Part shown: positions 1-45,200 of the stretch, one piece after another
Position numbering within the stretch: position 1 is the stretch's first letter
How the letters are laid out: each line of letters starts with the position of its first letter
Assembly (NCBI GenBank): GCA_030141605.1
Contig: JAQGDQ010001083.1
Location: 568-64,567 of the forward strand
Direction of reading: 5' to 3'
DNA: 64,000 nucleotides
Source of the DNA: Tubiluchus corallicola
Taxonomy: Eukaryota > Animalia > Priapulida
The notes under the pieces: model-generated
What the model was told of the DNA's origin: nothing
Seen by the model: only the letters and a program-made list of their open reading frames with translations
Databases searched by the model: none
Made by a program: the position numbers and the translations under genes

Positions 1-1000
1 AACTTAGGTAGTTGTTAAGATACTACTTAGGTATCTGTAAAGACATAACTTAAGTAGTTGTAACGCCCCTCCCCCCTCCCCCCGTTTACTATACAAACCT
101 CACTTAATGCCCATACTTTGGGAAAGCAAAATGTCAATATTTGCATAGATGTGAATGTATTAATGTGCCTCGTTATCTCATATAACAAACTCACTTAATA
201 TCAACATTTTGAAGTAGCAGGTGGGTATAGAAACACTTGATTGCACATTGATGAAACATTTGCGCCTTAATGTTAGACACCGACACACTAGAGCAGTGGT
301 TACACCAGTGGCATCAGTGGCGCCACCTGTTGTTACAAATTTCTAAACATGTCCTAGAAATACCCAAGTCAGTTCTCTAGAAATACCTAAGTTACATCTT
401 TAGAAATGCGTAAGTAGTGTTGTCACAACTACATAAGTTATGTGTTTACAAATACCCAAGTAGCGTTTTACCACTACCTAAGTTATGTGTTTACAAATAC
501 CTAAGTAGTATCTTAACCACTACTTAAGTTATGTCTTTACAGATACCTAAGTAGTATCTTCACAACTACCTAAGTTATGTCTTTACAGATACCTAAGTAG
601 TATCTTAACAACTACCTAAGTTATGTCTTTACAGATACCTAAGTAGTATCTTCACAACTACCTAAGTTATGTCTTTACAGATACCTAAGTAGTATCTTCA
701 CAACTACCTAAGTTATGTCTTTACAGATACCTAAGTAGTATCTTAACAACTACCTAAGTTATGTCTTTACAGATACCTAAGTAGTATCTTCACAACTACC
801 TAAGTTATGTCTTTACAGATACCTAAGTAGTATCTTAACAATTACTTAAGTTATGTCTTTACAGATACCTAAGTAGCATCTTTACAACTACCTAAGTTAT
901 GTCTTTACAGATACCTAAGTAGTATCTTAACAATTACTTAAGTTATGTCTTTACAGATACCTAAGTAGTATCTTAACAACTACCTAAGTTATGTCTTTAC
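1..1000. repeat. 46-bp minisatellite in two oppositely oriented arrays (foldback-like)
   Basis: Unit acaactacctaagttatgtctttacagatacctaagtagtatctt(c/a) about 340-1000; 1-62 is its reverse complement. Confidence 0.85.
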
Positions 1001-1247
1001 AAAACAACTAACTAATTTTACACAAGACTTGCATTCATATGTGTAAGTGTCTTTAAATAAGACCCACAGATCGAACAAAACAGAATCTATTAAGCCACTC
1101 CAAAAAAAAATGAAAAAAGCTAGAAGGGAAATGGAAAATTGTGATTGATTCTTCTCAAGTAAGAAGAGCGCAAGACAAAACAGTAAACAACGCAGCTGGA
1201 GGCTCACCCTAGCAGCAAATACTGGAACTAAAATTGATTATTAATAC

Positions 1248-34609
<33,362 letters not shown>

Positions 34610-34650
34610 CTTGTTTTGATAAGCCAGTTATTCCTACTAAGACTAAGTTG

Positions 34651-34690
34651 TTGCTGATGACTTATAAGTCTCGGTATATATCAGCAAGAT
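34651..34690 (-). promoter_or_regulatory. Putative LLTP core promoter (TATA-like)
   Basis: TATATA about 70 nt upstream of the ATG; palindrome GACTTATAAGTC 34659-34670. Confidence 0.35.
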
Positions 34691-35754
34691 CATTCCACTT
34701 TCACTAATAAACGGGTTAGGGTTGGTCACAATTTGGTACCCCTAAGAGCATTTAACAAACATCTGTGGACCAACAACTCTGCCGGTTAGAGATTCTCTGA
34801 GATTTACAAAAAAGCGAATGAACATTTCGAAATTTTTGAGAACTTCAGCAGAAGAAAAATCCAAATTAAACCTTCGTCTACTCCCTCAATGTAATGCTGC
34901 GGTCCAGGAGTCAAAAAGGCATCGCATTAATATGCGTGAACTCTGATCACATACCCTGGGTTCATGTAGCCTAGTATATCTCTCTCTATACGTGTACAAA
35001 ATAATTTCTCCGTTTGTGTAAGCCTGTTGTCTATACAAATAATAGATAATAAACAGATTACTATACCAATCAGCATTATCAGTTTGGTAGAGCAAATATT
35101 GCTCACCGTGATGAAATTGATCCCAGTTTTTTCAGAGCTGATTAGAGTCTATTGCATCTCTATTAAGTGAATGTAATTTACATTGCAAGGCATTTATATT
35201 TACGAATTTGTCCCCTATATGACCCTGATGTAATGATCTGGATTGTAGTTATTATAAATAAGCATATGGGAGAAATAAAACTGTTTAGTATACAGCTAAC
35301 ATTAAATTTCTTTTATCATGGAATGGCTTTAGCATGTTATAATTATATGTCGTTTTAGTAGCCTGGTCCTGCTTCATGCTTTGGCAAGTTTTTTTCATAA
35401 AAGAAGCACGTTTCATTAGTGAAAAGTTTCAACTAAGCAGATATGAATTAGTAGTTTGATACGTACATAATATGGAGAAAATTCTCAAGGAGAAAATTAA
35501 AATGATTAGTAAAAATCATTACCAAAGAAACGGGCAGACACCTTCAGCATTTTAGTTGTATAAAGCTTTGAATTGTTTTCAAGACAGAATAAAGCATCGA
35601 TTTTGTTTTCTTATACTATCACTGTGGATTTTTTTTAAACTAATATTCCTACTCTTCTCATTAAGAATTAAATGTATGTTATGCGCAACTGAAACTAGTA
35701 ATTCAAAATTGCTAATTGAAATTCATTCTTTGCGTGTACATCTGCATATAAGTA

Positions 35755-36018
<264 letters not shown>

Positions 36019-36676
36019 TCTTTATTTATCACCTTTTTTTACAAGAAAAACACAGAGCATGAAACGATAATATGATACAAAGTGACAAAATTATTAAATG
36101 AATAAATTGTCTGAGTTAATGATATTCGAGTGATTGGTGAAAGGGTGGTGAGAAACTAAAAGTTACCAAAGTCAACCACCCTGTAAGTAATGTTGCTATC
36201 AGTAATTAATTATATGCGCAATTATCTTGACCAAGATTTCAGAATAAGGTGTGATAAATGGAGCATAAAGTTTACATATGGAGCATAACCAAGTTGCTTA
36301 AGTAAGTAAAGGAAAGGTGAGTGTACTAAGATAGAACTGTTGAGACTTAGGTTTAAATTTGAACATACATATCCAGGACATAAAGGCATAGTAAATACAT
36401 ATAATGTTGATATGGTAAGCAATGCACATACAGATGTGTAGATTTATGCAGAGAGAATTGCCTTAACTCTCAATATACATGTCAAAAATATCACCTTAAG
36501 AGTGTATACTACATCAATACACATTTTTACCATTGTTGAAATGGCATTGTCGTACATAAACGAGGACATGCTCTTCTACGCTTTTATTAACAATATGATT
36601 ATTTTGTGCAGTTGTTAACATTAATCTTTTGTTTTTTCAATCTCATTTTATTTATTTGTTTTTGTAATACTGCAAT

Positions 36677-37807
36677 TAGGGGTGAGCATCGAACGTTCGA
36701 GTTCGAATGTAGCATGAAGTTAGCACAATTTAGCTGCGGTTTTGGTGCAACATTTTAAACAAACTAATAGTTGTTCTACTGCAGACCAAAATCAAGTAAC
36801 TGCATGATCTTTGTAAGACAACTTTTTACTAGTGATTCGAAAACTTGTTCGAAAATCTTTCAAACTCAATTCGAATTCGATTTGGGTTCGAAAGACTGAA
36901 ATTCGATTCGATTCGAATTCGCTTTTTGGTAGAGAACGCTCATGCTTAACTACAATACTATAATGCAATGCCAGATCTATGACTCCATGCTGCACTATGG
37001 TTGAACCTATAGTTCAATTCTGCTGATGCACTGATCTTCATGACTTCTGATCGACAGAGCAGCGATTATAATTACTATTTGCTTAGTATCCACACAAAGA
37101 CACGCCTGGGTAAAAATTATGCAAATATAGCAATCTGGGTATGGTACAAATTGACCTAGCTATCTGCAGGTAACTTTGCTGTATCGCGAAGGAAACTTAT
37201 TCGTTCTAATTTGCAGAAAGAGAGCTGGAAAAGGGGTGTATGATCGGTCCTGGTTAGAAGTTTAAATTGTCCTTGTCAAACTGCGAAGTTGTTTTTCATA
37301 TAAAACTATCCAAAATGCGTTTTCCAGGCAGTTTTCGTTTTCTTTCGATTTGTGGTGATTCGATTCGCTTCTGCAGGTCCTTCAAATTTATCTCATTGTG
37401 GGTCTGGGAAAATGCCTGTTACGGGCGCCGTGGCCCTCTCGCGAATTCTTAATACGCCTATGACACCCACCGCTGAACGGGCTATGTATCCATTGCCAGC
37501 ACTACCCCCGGCCCATTCCAGTTCTTCAGAACTAAGCGGTATAAGTTTTGCAAAAAACGGCCGAAATATGGTCTATGATCGTGGCATAGGCCCTATTACT
37601 CGATTTTGTTCTGCAATAAACTATTAATGATTAGTTTAAAAATTGCGCACAAAAATCAATACCAAATTGTGCTAATTGCGTGACGTTTAAAGCATTTTAA
37701 CGACAAAAGAACATATATGGTTAAAGTGCTGAATTATTCGAATCTATAATTTTAAAATTCGAATTCGATAGGAAAGTTCGACCTCGAACGTTCGATGCTA
37801 ACCCCGA
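36677..37807. mobile_element. hAT-like non-autonomous element; related ends at about 26275 and 54885
   Basis: Inverted ends taggggtgagcatcgaacgttcgag / ctcgaacgttcgatgctaacccc; TTCGAA-rich subterminal motifs; no clean TSD. Confidence 0.65.
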
Positions 37808-38171
37808 GTTTCCATCTGCTACAGTCTTGGAGAAGTATATCTCTCTTTTTCCTACGGCATTACGACACTTCACACCTTTCATGAGCTTATTGTCGTCTAT
37901 AATCAGAGTCGATTCTCCTTGAAAAATTCTCTGACTCGGACTCGAACTCGAACTTCAGAAATATGAAACAACAGAACAATGTTCTCGCCTGAGACAGCCG
38001 AATACATCTGGTATATAAAACTTAACGATGGTTTATAAGCTTCTTTATCTTGATGATCTAAGTGTAAAAAATGTTTTTGTAAAAAATGAAATGTCTGCAC
38101 TTGTTATGATAATTAACCACCTATTCATCCGATTCCATAGCTACCTATATGCTACAAGATTTAATAATATG

Positions 38172-39362
38172 TAACATAACATAACATAACATAACATAAC
38201 ATAACATAACATAACATAACATAACATAACATAACATAACATAACATAACATAACATAACATAACATAACATAACATAACATAACATAACATAACATAAC
38301 ATAACATAACATAACATAAAATAACGTAACGTAACGTAACGTAACGTAACGTAACGTAACGTAACATAACATAACGTAATGTAATGTAATGATATGATAT
38401 GATTGATATGATAGGATGTGATGCAATACAGTACAGTACAGTACAATGCAATGCAATGCAATGCAATGCAATACAGTACAATACAATACAATGCAATGCA
38501 ATGCAATGCAATGCAATGCAATGCAATGCAATGCAATGCAATGCAATGCAATACAATACAATACAATACAATACAATACAATACAATACAATACAATACA
38601 ATACAATACAATACAATACAATACCACACCACACCACACCACACCACACCACACCACACCACACCACACCACACCACACCACACAACACAACACAACACA
38701 ACACAACACAACACAACACAACACAACACAACACACTACAATACAATACAATACAATACAATACAATACAATACAATACAATACAATACAATACAATACA
38801 ATACAATACAATACAATACAATACAATACAATACAATACAATACAATACAATACAATACAATACAATACAATACAATACAATACAATACAATACAATACA
38901 ATACAATACAATACAATACAATACAATACAATACAATACAATACAATACAATACAATACAATACAATACAATACAATACAATACAATACAATACAATACA
39001 ATACAACACAATACAGCACAACACAATACAGCACAACACAACACAATACAATGCAATACAACACAACACAACAGAACAGAACACAACACAATACAACACA
39101 ATACAATGCAATGCAATACAATACAATACAACACAACACAACACAACACAACACAACACAACACAACACAACACAACACAACACAACACAACACAATACA
39201 ATACAATACAATACAATACAATACAATACAATACAATACAATACAATACAATACAATACAACACAACACAACACAACACAACACAACACAACACAACACA
39301 ACACAACACAACACAACACAACACAACACAACACAACACAACACAATACAATACAATACAAT
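38172..39362. repeat. Compound pentanucleotide microsatellite
   Basis: ATAAC, GTAAC, ATGAT, GTACA, ATGCA, ATACA, CCACA and ACACA blocks. Confidence 0.98.
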
Positions 39363-40624
39363 ATAATGTAATATAATATTATATATTTTATTAATAATAG
39401 TAATAATAAAAATTATAATAGTAATAACAATGCCTTTAGATAGATCTATTAGTTCAGCAAACTCGGACCCAGACTTTGACCCTTGGACGATGGGCTTTGA
39501 CTTTTTCACCCCTTAATAGAATCCATAAGTTCTATGGTTCCCTGAATTTTGCGCTGTTGCTGTTTTTTTCACCTTTTACGAGTTTCTAGTTTGCTATGAT
39601 CTGTAAGTAGTATGGCTTTCAGATATTAACTCGTTGCAGGTTTTCCCATCGTTCAATGGCTTCTGTCTGTTGACACTTTGAAGTAGTATAGCTCTTTACC
39701 ATTTGTGTCATCACAGCATGTAATAACTTTCAGAAGTTCTTAGCCTAGTCCAATTTTGGAATAGTATAGCTCTCTAGCTTCTACGTCATTACAACATTCA
39801 CACATTTCAGGAGCTCGCTCCCACTTAACAATGTTGGAATAATACAATCGTCACATGGGGGATAAAGCAAAGCTGCCTGCCGCATCGGTTCAGTAGCTTC
39901 AGTTTTTTACATGGACTTGCTTTTTTGCACATTAGTCTGTGCGTAAACAGATTTATTAGCAAAAACTTGCTTTGGAATAAGAAAAAACGAACTAGGTTAG
40001 GTTCTTAAAACTGTAACAGCTACAATAGTACGGGCTTTGAGGCGTTGAAACTGCAACTTAACCTTTGACCTTTTCACTATCAACGCCAATCGAACTGTGA
40101 AAAGGCTTATTAATATAGTTGTGTGGCTGCAGAACTAAGGAACTAATCTTAGTCTTAATCTGTACACAAACTTGCATGCATAGTAGGCTGTATATGTAGT
40201 TTCTGACCCAGCATGTTGGCTTGCTAGCAATATGATTACTTTGTACGTAGTTCCACAGCCACTATTTGGGAGATGAATTGCTGTGTGTTAAAAGGGGTGG
40301 GTGTTGGGAAGTGTAACTGTGGTGCATCCCAATTGATGTAAAAAAGGTCAGGGACCTCAGGGTGGCTTAGTTTTCAGAGTTTCAAAAGAAAATCTGGTTC
40401 TTCGCTTGTGTTAGCAGCAAATTTTAAATTATTTTGTTTTGTTTTGTTAATGATGATAACTTTCTTTTGTGTAACTACCTTTTTTCTTTGTGTCTCTCCA
40501 ACACTCATAAATTTTATTCATTCTTAATGTAATTTTTATTGTGTTGTATTTTTATATGTTTGTGCATTATCTGTAAATTTTAATTTTAATGCTCCTGAGT
40601 CATTTAAGGGAACGACGCCATTAT

Positions 40625-40701
<77 letters not shown>

Positions 40702-41100
40702 ATAAATCACACGTCCAGTGACATGATTCTGCTCACCTCCCTACGCCAGGACTCTCTACACGCTGCAAGGACTCAAATGAATTTATTTCTAAGGATCTAT
40801 GCTGAAGTGTTTAAATCTTTCAGTGCAAAATCTAAATATGTTAACATTTGTTCTCCTGCAGGTTTTTAGCTCGTTCTATAGCTTGTTATCTTCACTGGAA
40901 TATCATCAGGTAGTCTAAGCAAATGCCCAATCCATCTTAAACTGCGTCTTTTTATTTTTCTTGTCCAAGGTTCTTCTTTTATTTTTTCATATAAATCTTT
41001 GTTTGAAATTTTCTTTGGCCATCTATTACCCAAAATGTTTTTGTAAATTCGCCTTTGAAACGCAACGATTTCAGCTTTATGATTTGCTTTTATTTTTTTG
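40625..41100 (-). mobile_element. LINE (RTE-like) 3' fragment with (GAT)n tail
   Basis: AFQRRIYKNILGNRWPKKISNKDLY...IKRRSLRWIGHLLRLPDD; (CAT)n at 40625-40699. Confidence 0.85.
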
Positions 41101-41249
41101 CCATTATACATAGATACCATTTATACACTGTCGCAGCATCTCTTACAAAAAAAAACCTCCACGAAAGTGTTTCGCTAGAAAGCCTAGAATATTGTTAATT
41201 ATTGTTAGTAGTGTATTGCCCTTGTCAACTTTACGGTAGCCGTCCTTGA

Positions 41250-41342
41250 ATGGCGTGAGGTGTCTGCTGAGCTGTCAGTCACAACACTATTGGCTGTCTG
41301 GTCGCCTGATCGTGCTGCACGTGCGTAATGCAAACTTCCGGT
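41250..41342 (+). promoter_or_regulatory. Putative HMGCS promoter: SRE-like, inverted CCAAT, E-box, ETS motif
   Basis: ATGGCGTGAG (rc CTCACGCCAT) 41250-41259; ATTGG 41289-41293; CACGTG 41318-41323; ACTTCCGGT 41334-41342; GC/CpG-rich island upstream of candidate donors at 41449 and 41511. Confidence 0.55.
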
Positions 41343-41827
41343 TACCGGTGCGAAACGAAGGCGTGGATTTGACGATTTACCAGACATGGTTTCTGTTCAT
41401 TTTACGTTGGAAATTTAGCAAGTACTAACTTTTGTGAAAATAATAATTGTAAGCTTACGCGTCGCACATTTAGTTTCAGTTTATTGGCTTGAAGGTTGTA
41501 ACTTTTTAAAGTGAGTGACTGAATTTTTGGGAACATTACAGTCAGTTCCAGCTAACGATTTCTTGAAGTTGTTGTTTAACCTTGTTATTAATTTCTTCGT
41601 GTATTTCTGACTGTTGTTAATTTATAAAGCTAATTTAAACCTTGACTTTTTGTTTTGTAACAAAACGTTGCTCAGGCATAAATTTAACCGGTATTGTGTT
41701 TATTTTTAGTTTTGCTTGTATAAATAAGTAGTTAATCATTTTAATGAGTTATACAATAACTATTATTATGGTAGGTCCATTTTTTGCATTGACTGAATTT
41801 TACTTTTTTTCAGTAAAAAATAGGAAC

Positions 41828-42275
41828 ATGCCTAGTTTTGCAAAGATGTCTGAGCCTGCACATTGGCCTAAAGATGTTGGGATTGTTGCCATGGAAATAT
41901 ATTTTCCATCTCAATATGTGCTACAGACTGAACTGGAGAAATTTGACGATGTCTCAACTGGAAAGTACACAATTGGCTTAGGCCAATCAAAAATGGGATT
42001 TTGTTCAGACAGAGAAGATATTAGCAGCGTATGTTTGACTGTTTTGCAAAGGCTTGTGGAACGAAACAATATAACGTACAACATGATTGGTCGGTTAGAA
42101 GTCGGGACCGAAACGATTATCGACAAATCAAAGAGCACAAAAACCTGTTTAATGCAGCTATTCGAGGAAAGTGGAAATTGTTCGGTAGAGGGAATCGACA
42201 CCACAAATGCTTGTTACGGCGGCACATCGGCATTATTCAATGCAATAAACTGGGTTGAATCAAGTTCATGGGATG
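41828..42275 (+). CDS. HMGCS1: HMG-CoA synthase coding exon 1
   Basis: [19 protein letters not shown]...NACYGGT...SSWD; acceptor ttttttcag at 41813, donor G|gtagg. Confidence 0.96.
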
Positions 42276-45200
42276 GTAGGGATAATGATATTATACCGCT
42301 TCGCGTAATTGCAGCACTTGTATTTTTAATAAGTCGAAAATGTCGGTAGTTGAAATGGTTTATCTCGGTGCCAACGTTTGGGTCTTTGGCATTGTCTGCC
42401 TCAAACAAGAATCTGGAAAATGTGTATTTAGTCATGGTGCATCCAGTTTACTCTAAAGTGCAGTGTGTATTACTCTAAAGTGCAGTGTGTATTACTCTGG
42501 AGTGCAGTGTGTATTACTCTGAAGTGTAGTGTGTACACTGTCCGAAGTAAATCTAGAAGTAATAGGGAAAGCAGGGAAGGAGAAAAGTGCTTTTTTACGT
42601 ACTCAAATCATTTGAGTGTCGAGTGTGAAACCAGCCTTATGTTTCGAATGTTAGCTTTCATTTTTAAATGCTAGATATGGCTAAGAGTAACACGATGTTA
42701 AAAACTTAAGACAAACAGGGCGATTTTTCGGGCCGCGTCTTATTGGGTGTCAAATAAGCATTTTGTTACTTATGACATTATGAAAACGTTTCTGATATTT
42801 AAATATTAGCTTAGAAACTCATTTCATGACTGCCCAATGAATCTAGCGATGTCGTCACAATGGAACATCGTATATATTAATTCTGCTGGTATATATATTT
42901 ATATAAGATTCGAGGCTACAGCTTCGACGACAGCACCATTTGCGGCGATCTATACATCAAACGATTATTTTTCGAATCGGGCCCACCGGGATAACCAAAA
43001 ATGGCCATTTTTCGGTCGTTTTTTGCAAAACTTATACCTCTTAGTTCTGAAGAACCAGAACGGGCCGGGGGCGGTGTTGGCTATGGATAGATAGCCCGTT
43101 CAGCGGTGGGTGTAGTTTTCGGCAATTCTGACGTCATCCATTATACTCTGCCTGTAACTTTAATTCAGTAAAACCTGCTACGGGCATTGAGTTATAAATG
43201 AGGACTGTGTAGGATGTTCGCGTATTATTGATTATAAGTGTATTTATACACAAAATTTTTTTTCGGGGCCTTTGCTAGTAATTTACTAATGGCAGAAACT
43301 TTCCATGAGCGAGTTGTGCACAAGTTTGAGAAAATACCTTGCTGCTTTGTGACGTAGGCAAGGAAACCCTGATCCCTTTAAATATTTTAAATTTTAGATT
43401 ATTTTGAGCCGAAGTTTTAAAATTAAATGCTGTTGTCCTTTAGTCTGCCCGATTACATTCCACCTGTTTTAACGTTAATGTGCGTATCTGTATGTTACAG
43501 GAAGATACGCCGTAGTTGTCGCCGGCGACATTGCCGTTTACGCTACCGGAAATGCCAGATGTACAGGTGGAGCTGGTGGCATAGCTATGCTGATTGGACC
43601 GGATGCACCCCTGGTGATCGAAAGAGGTACTAGTGTCTTTAAGATAATAATATTGTGTCATAAACTGTGTGGATGAAGTGTATGAAAGAAGCTTGTAGGA
43701 ATCAACATGTTTATTAAGCAGAGACGATTGTTTTTAGAGCTTAAGCTTTTCTAGTTATTCACATATTGTGAATCTCCATTTCATGAGGATCATTTTGATA
43801 CCATGTTCATCACTCTATGTTATTTCTAAGCTGAGATAATCCACGTTGAAGTTGAGGTACAGGCTGCACACTGAAAAACTTAATCTTGAGAAAATCACTG
43901 TTAAAGTCAGCCATTGTTTTTTGTCGTGTTTCTACAAAGCACTTAGCAACCGTATAAATGTTGGTTGCTATGGACTTTGGAAGTAGATGGCTCTTCCAGA
44001 CAAAGATCTGGGCTTGTCAACAGAAAAAACCCGAAGCAAAATGACAGCTTCCACGAGCTACAATCGGAGTTTGAAAATACCAGAGAAGTGGGTACGAGGT
44101 TAAAAAATTAGACTTTTAATATTTTTTAAACATTTTCTTGATAATTTGATGGTAGAATACAAAAGTCCAATATATTTAGCACTGGTTTTTATAAAATACG
44201 AAAAATTGACATTTGACCAAATCTTTGGTGTAGTCTACTCTGAAGCGCCATAACGTAGTTTTAACTATGCCGACTTATGAGCGGTTTTGACTTGCAAGCA
44301 CACATGTAAGGTTACTTTCTCCTGCTTTTATCCACATTTATTTTGACAACACAAGTTCTACTTTCTCAATCCTGACATAACATTTTGTTCCTTGACATTT
44401 TAGTATCATAATTGTACTAATAATTCCTTTTTGGCGTGATTCATAGTACTGAAAATGACGGTTATAGTCGAAAAGATCGTCTACGCTCAATAAACATGAT
44501 GTGTGAAAAAGCTTTAGATAAGCCAACTCAACCGTTTGAAGGGGCGCTAATTTCAAGAACATTACATAGAAAGTGTTAAATAGTTGATAGCTTATGTACA
44601 AAGTCATGGCATTTTAGTTCTTAGTGGACATGTTCACAATCATCTCAAAGCTACAAATAGCAGTTGACTTAGTGGACGTGTTCAAAATGTCTCAAAGCTA
44701 CAAATAGTAGTTGACTTAGTGGACATGTTCAAAATGTCTCAAATCTACAAGTACTAGTCAACTTAGTGGACATGTTCAAAATGTCTCAAAGCTGGAAACA
44801 GTAGTTGACTTAGGGACATGTCAAAGCCGGGAATCTCTTTCACCCGTTTCTGCTATAGAAGTTTTAACTAACTAAGAATGGTTGCGGCATTTTTGTTATC
44901 TGCAGCATCACCGTGAATTTTTAATATACTAATCTATTTATAAGAGACTAGATGACCCTATGGTCCTTCCCTGCCCTGCTCCATGATTATAATTACTTAA
45001 TATTTAGAAATCTTTTGATGTTAGAACATTTATTAGTTCTATGTCTACAGCATTGCTTAAAATAATATAAACACGTAAACATGTGTACGTAAATAACGTA
45101 AACATCCTTGTCACCATGTCTAATGTGTGAGTCGTTGGAACACTGATTATTTATTGTTTTTGAAGAGAAATCAGTAAGTTTAGCTGTGTTATCTGACAAG

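Noticed and set aside
38141-39509. Cys/Val-rich and Gln/Asn/Thr-rich ORFs of 200-400 aa
   Set aside because: Translations of the pentanucleotide microsatellite.
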